64,000 nucleotides of DNA from Octopus sinensis. Taxonomy: Eukaryota. Of this stretch, positions 63,736-64,000 are shown piece after piece. Position 1 is the stretch's first letter; each line of letters begins with the position of its first letter. The position numbers and the translations under genes are program-made. Below the pieces are notes generated by a model, which was not told the origin of the DNA, did not search any database, and saw only the letters and a program-made list of their open reading frames with translations. The DNA lies in contig NC_043014.1 in the NCBI RefSeq assembly GCF_006345805.1, positions 47,430,001-47,494,000 on the forward strand. The letters are read 5' to 3'.

Positions 63736-64000
63736 CAGTATATTATATTTATATCTGACAAACATATGACATGCAAATTAGTGTAATCATTACAACAAAT
63801 TTCTAGTTTATGTTTGTTTTAATTAGCAATTCTCTATAAGTGAATGCTCTTTGTAAAAAAAATAGTCTAACTTAAATATAAATCACTTATCTAACCCCTA
63901 ATTCACACTACACCAATGACAAGTAATCATCTGCAGCAGCAACACTGTCATAAGCATGAGAAACAATTCAAACAGAGAAAGATAAACACACTTTATAGAA

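Overview
Eukaryotic, AT-rich, repeat-saturated genomic DNA. The SINE/LINE repertoire looks like octopus; this is recognition from memory, not a database result. The window is an internal part of one + strand gene, an ARHGAP32/33 (PX-RICS/CdGAPr)-like RhoGAP. Three conserved coding exons (7302-7386, 55623-55853, 63048-63140) splice in frame and rebuild the N-terminal PX-domain region. The first two are separated by a ~48.2 kb intron. That intron holds at least two unannotated-looking ATG-to-phase-0-donor exons (12888-12950, 46205-46366) that could act as alternative first exons feeding the same acceptor. The rest is mobile DNA: several tRNA-derived SINE families, RTE/CR1/Tc1-mariner relics, piggyBac- and hAT-type MITEs with target-site duplications, a Helentron-like element, minisatellites and microsatellites. 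The most unexpected signal is a set of hammerhead-ribozyme (HHR) motifs in Penelope-like fragments: one fused to a tRNA-derived Pol III head (6250-6530), one minimal near-intact motif (32116-32153) and one possible type III motif (37015-37127, minus strand). Almost all ORFs in the supplied track are microsatellite or SINE artefacts. Repeat boundaries are by-eye estimates unless a TSD or TIR fixes them.
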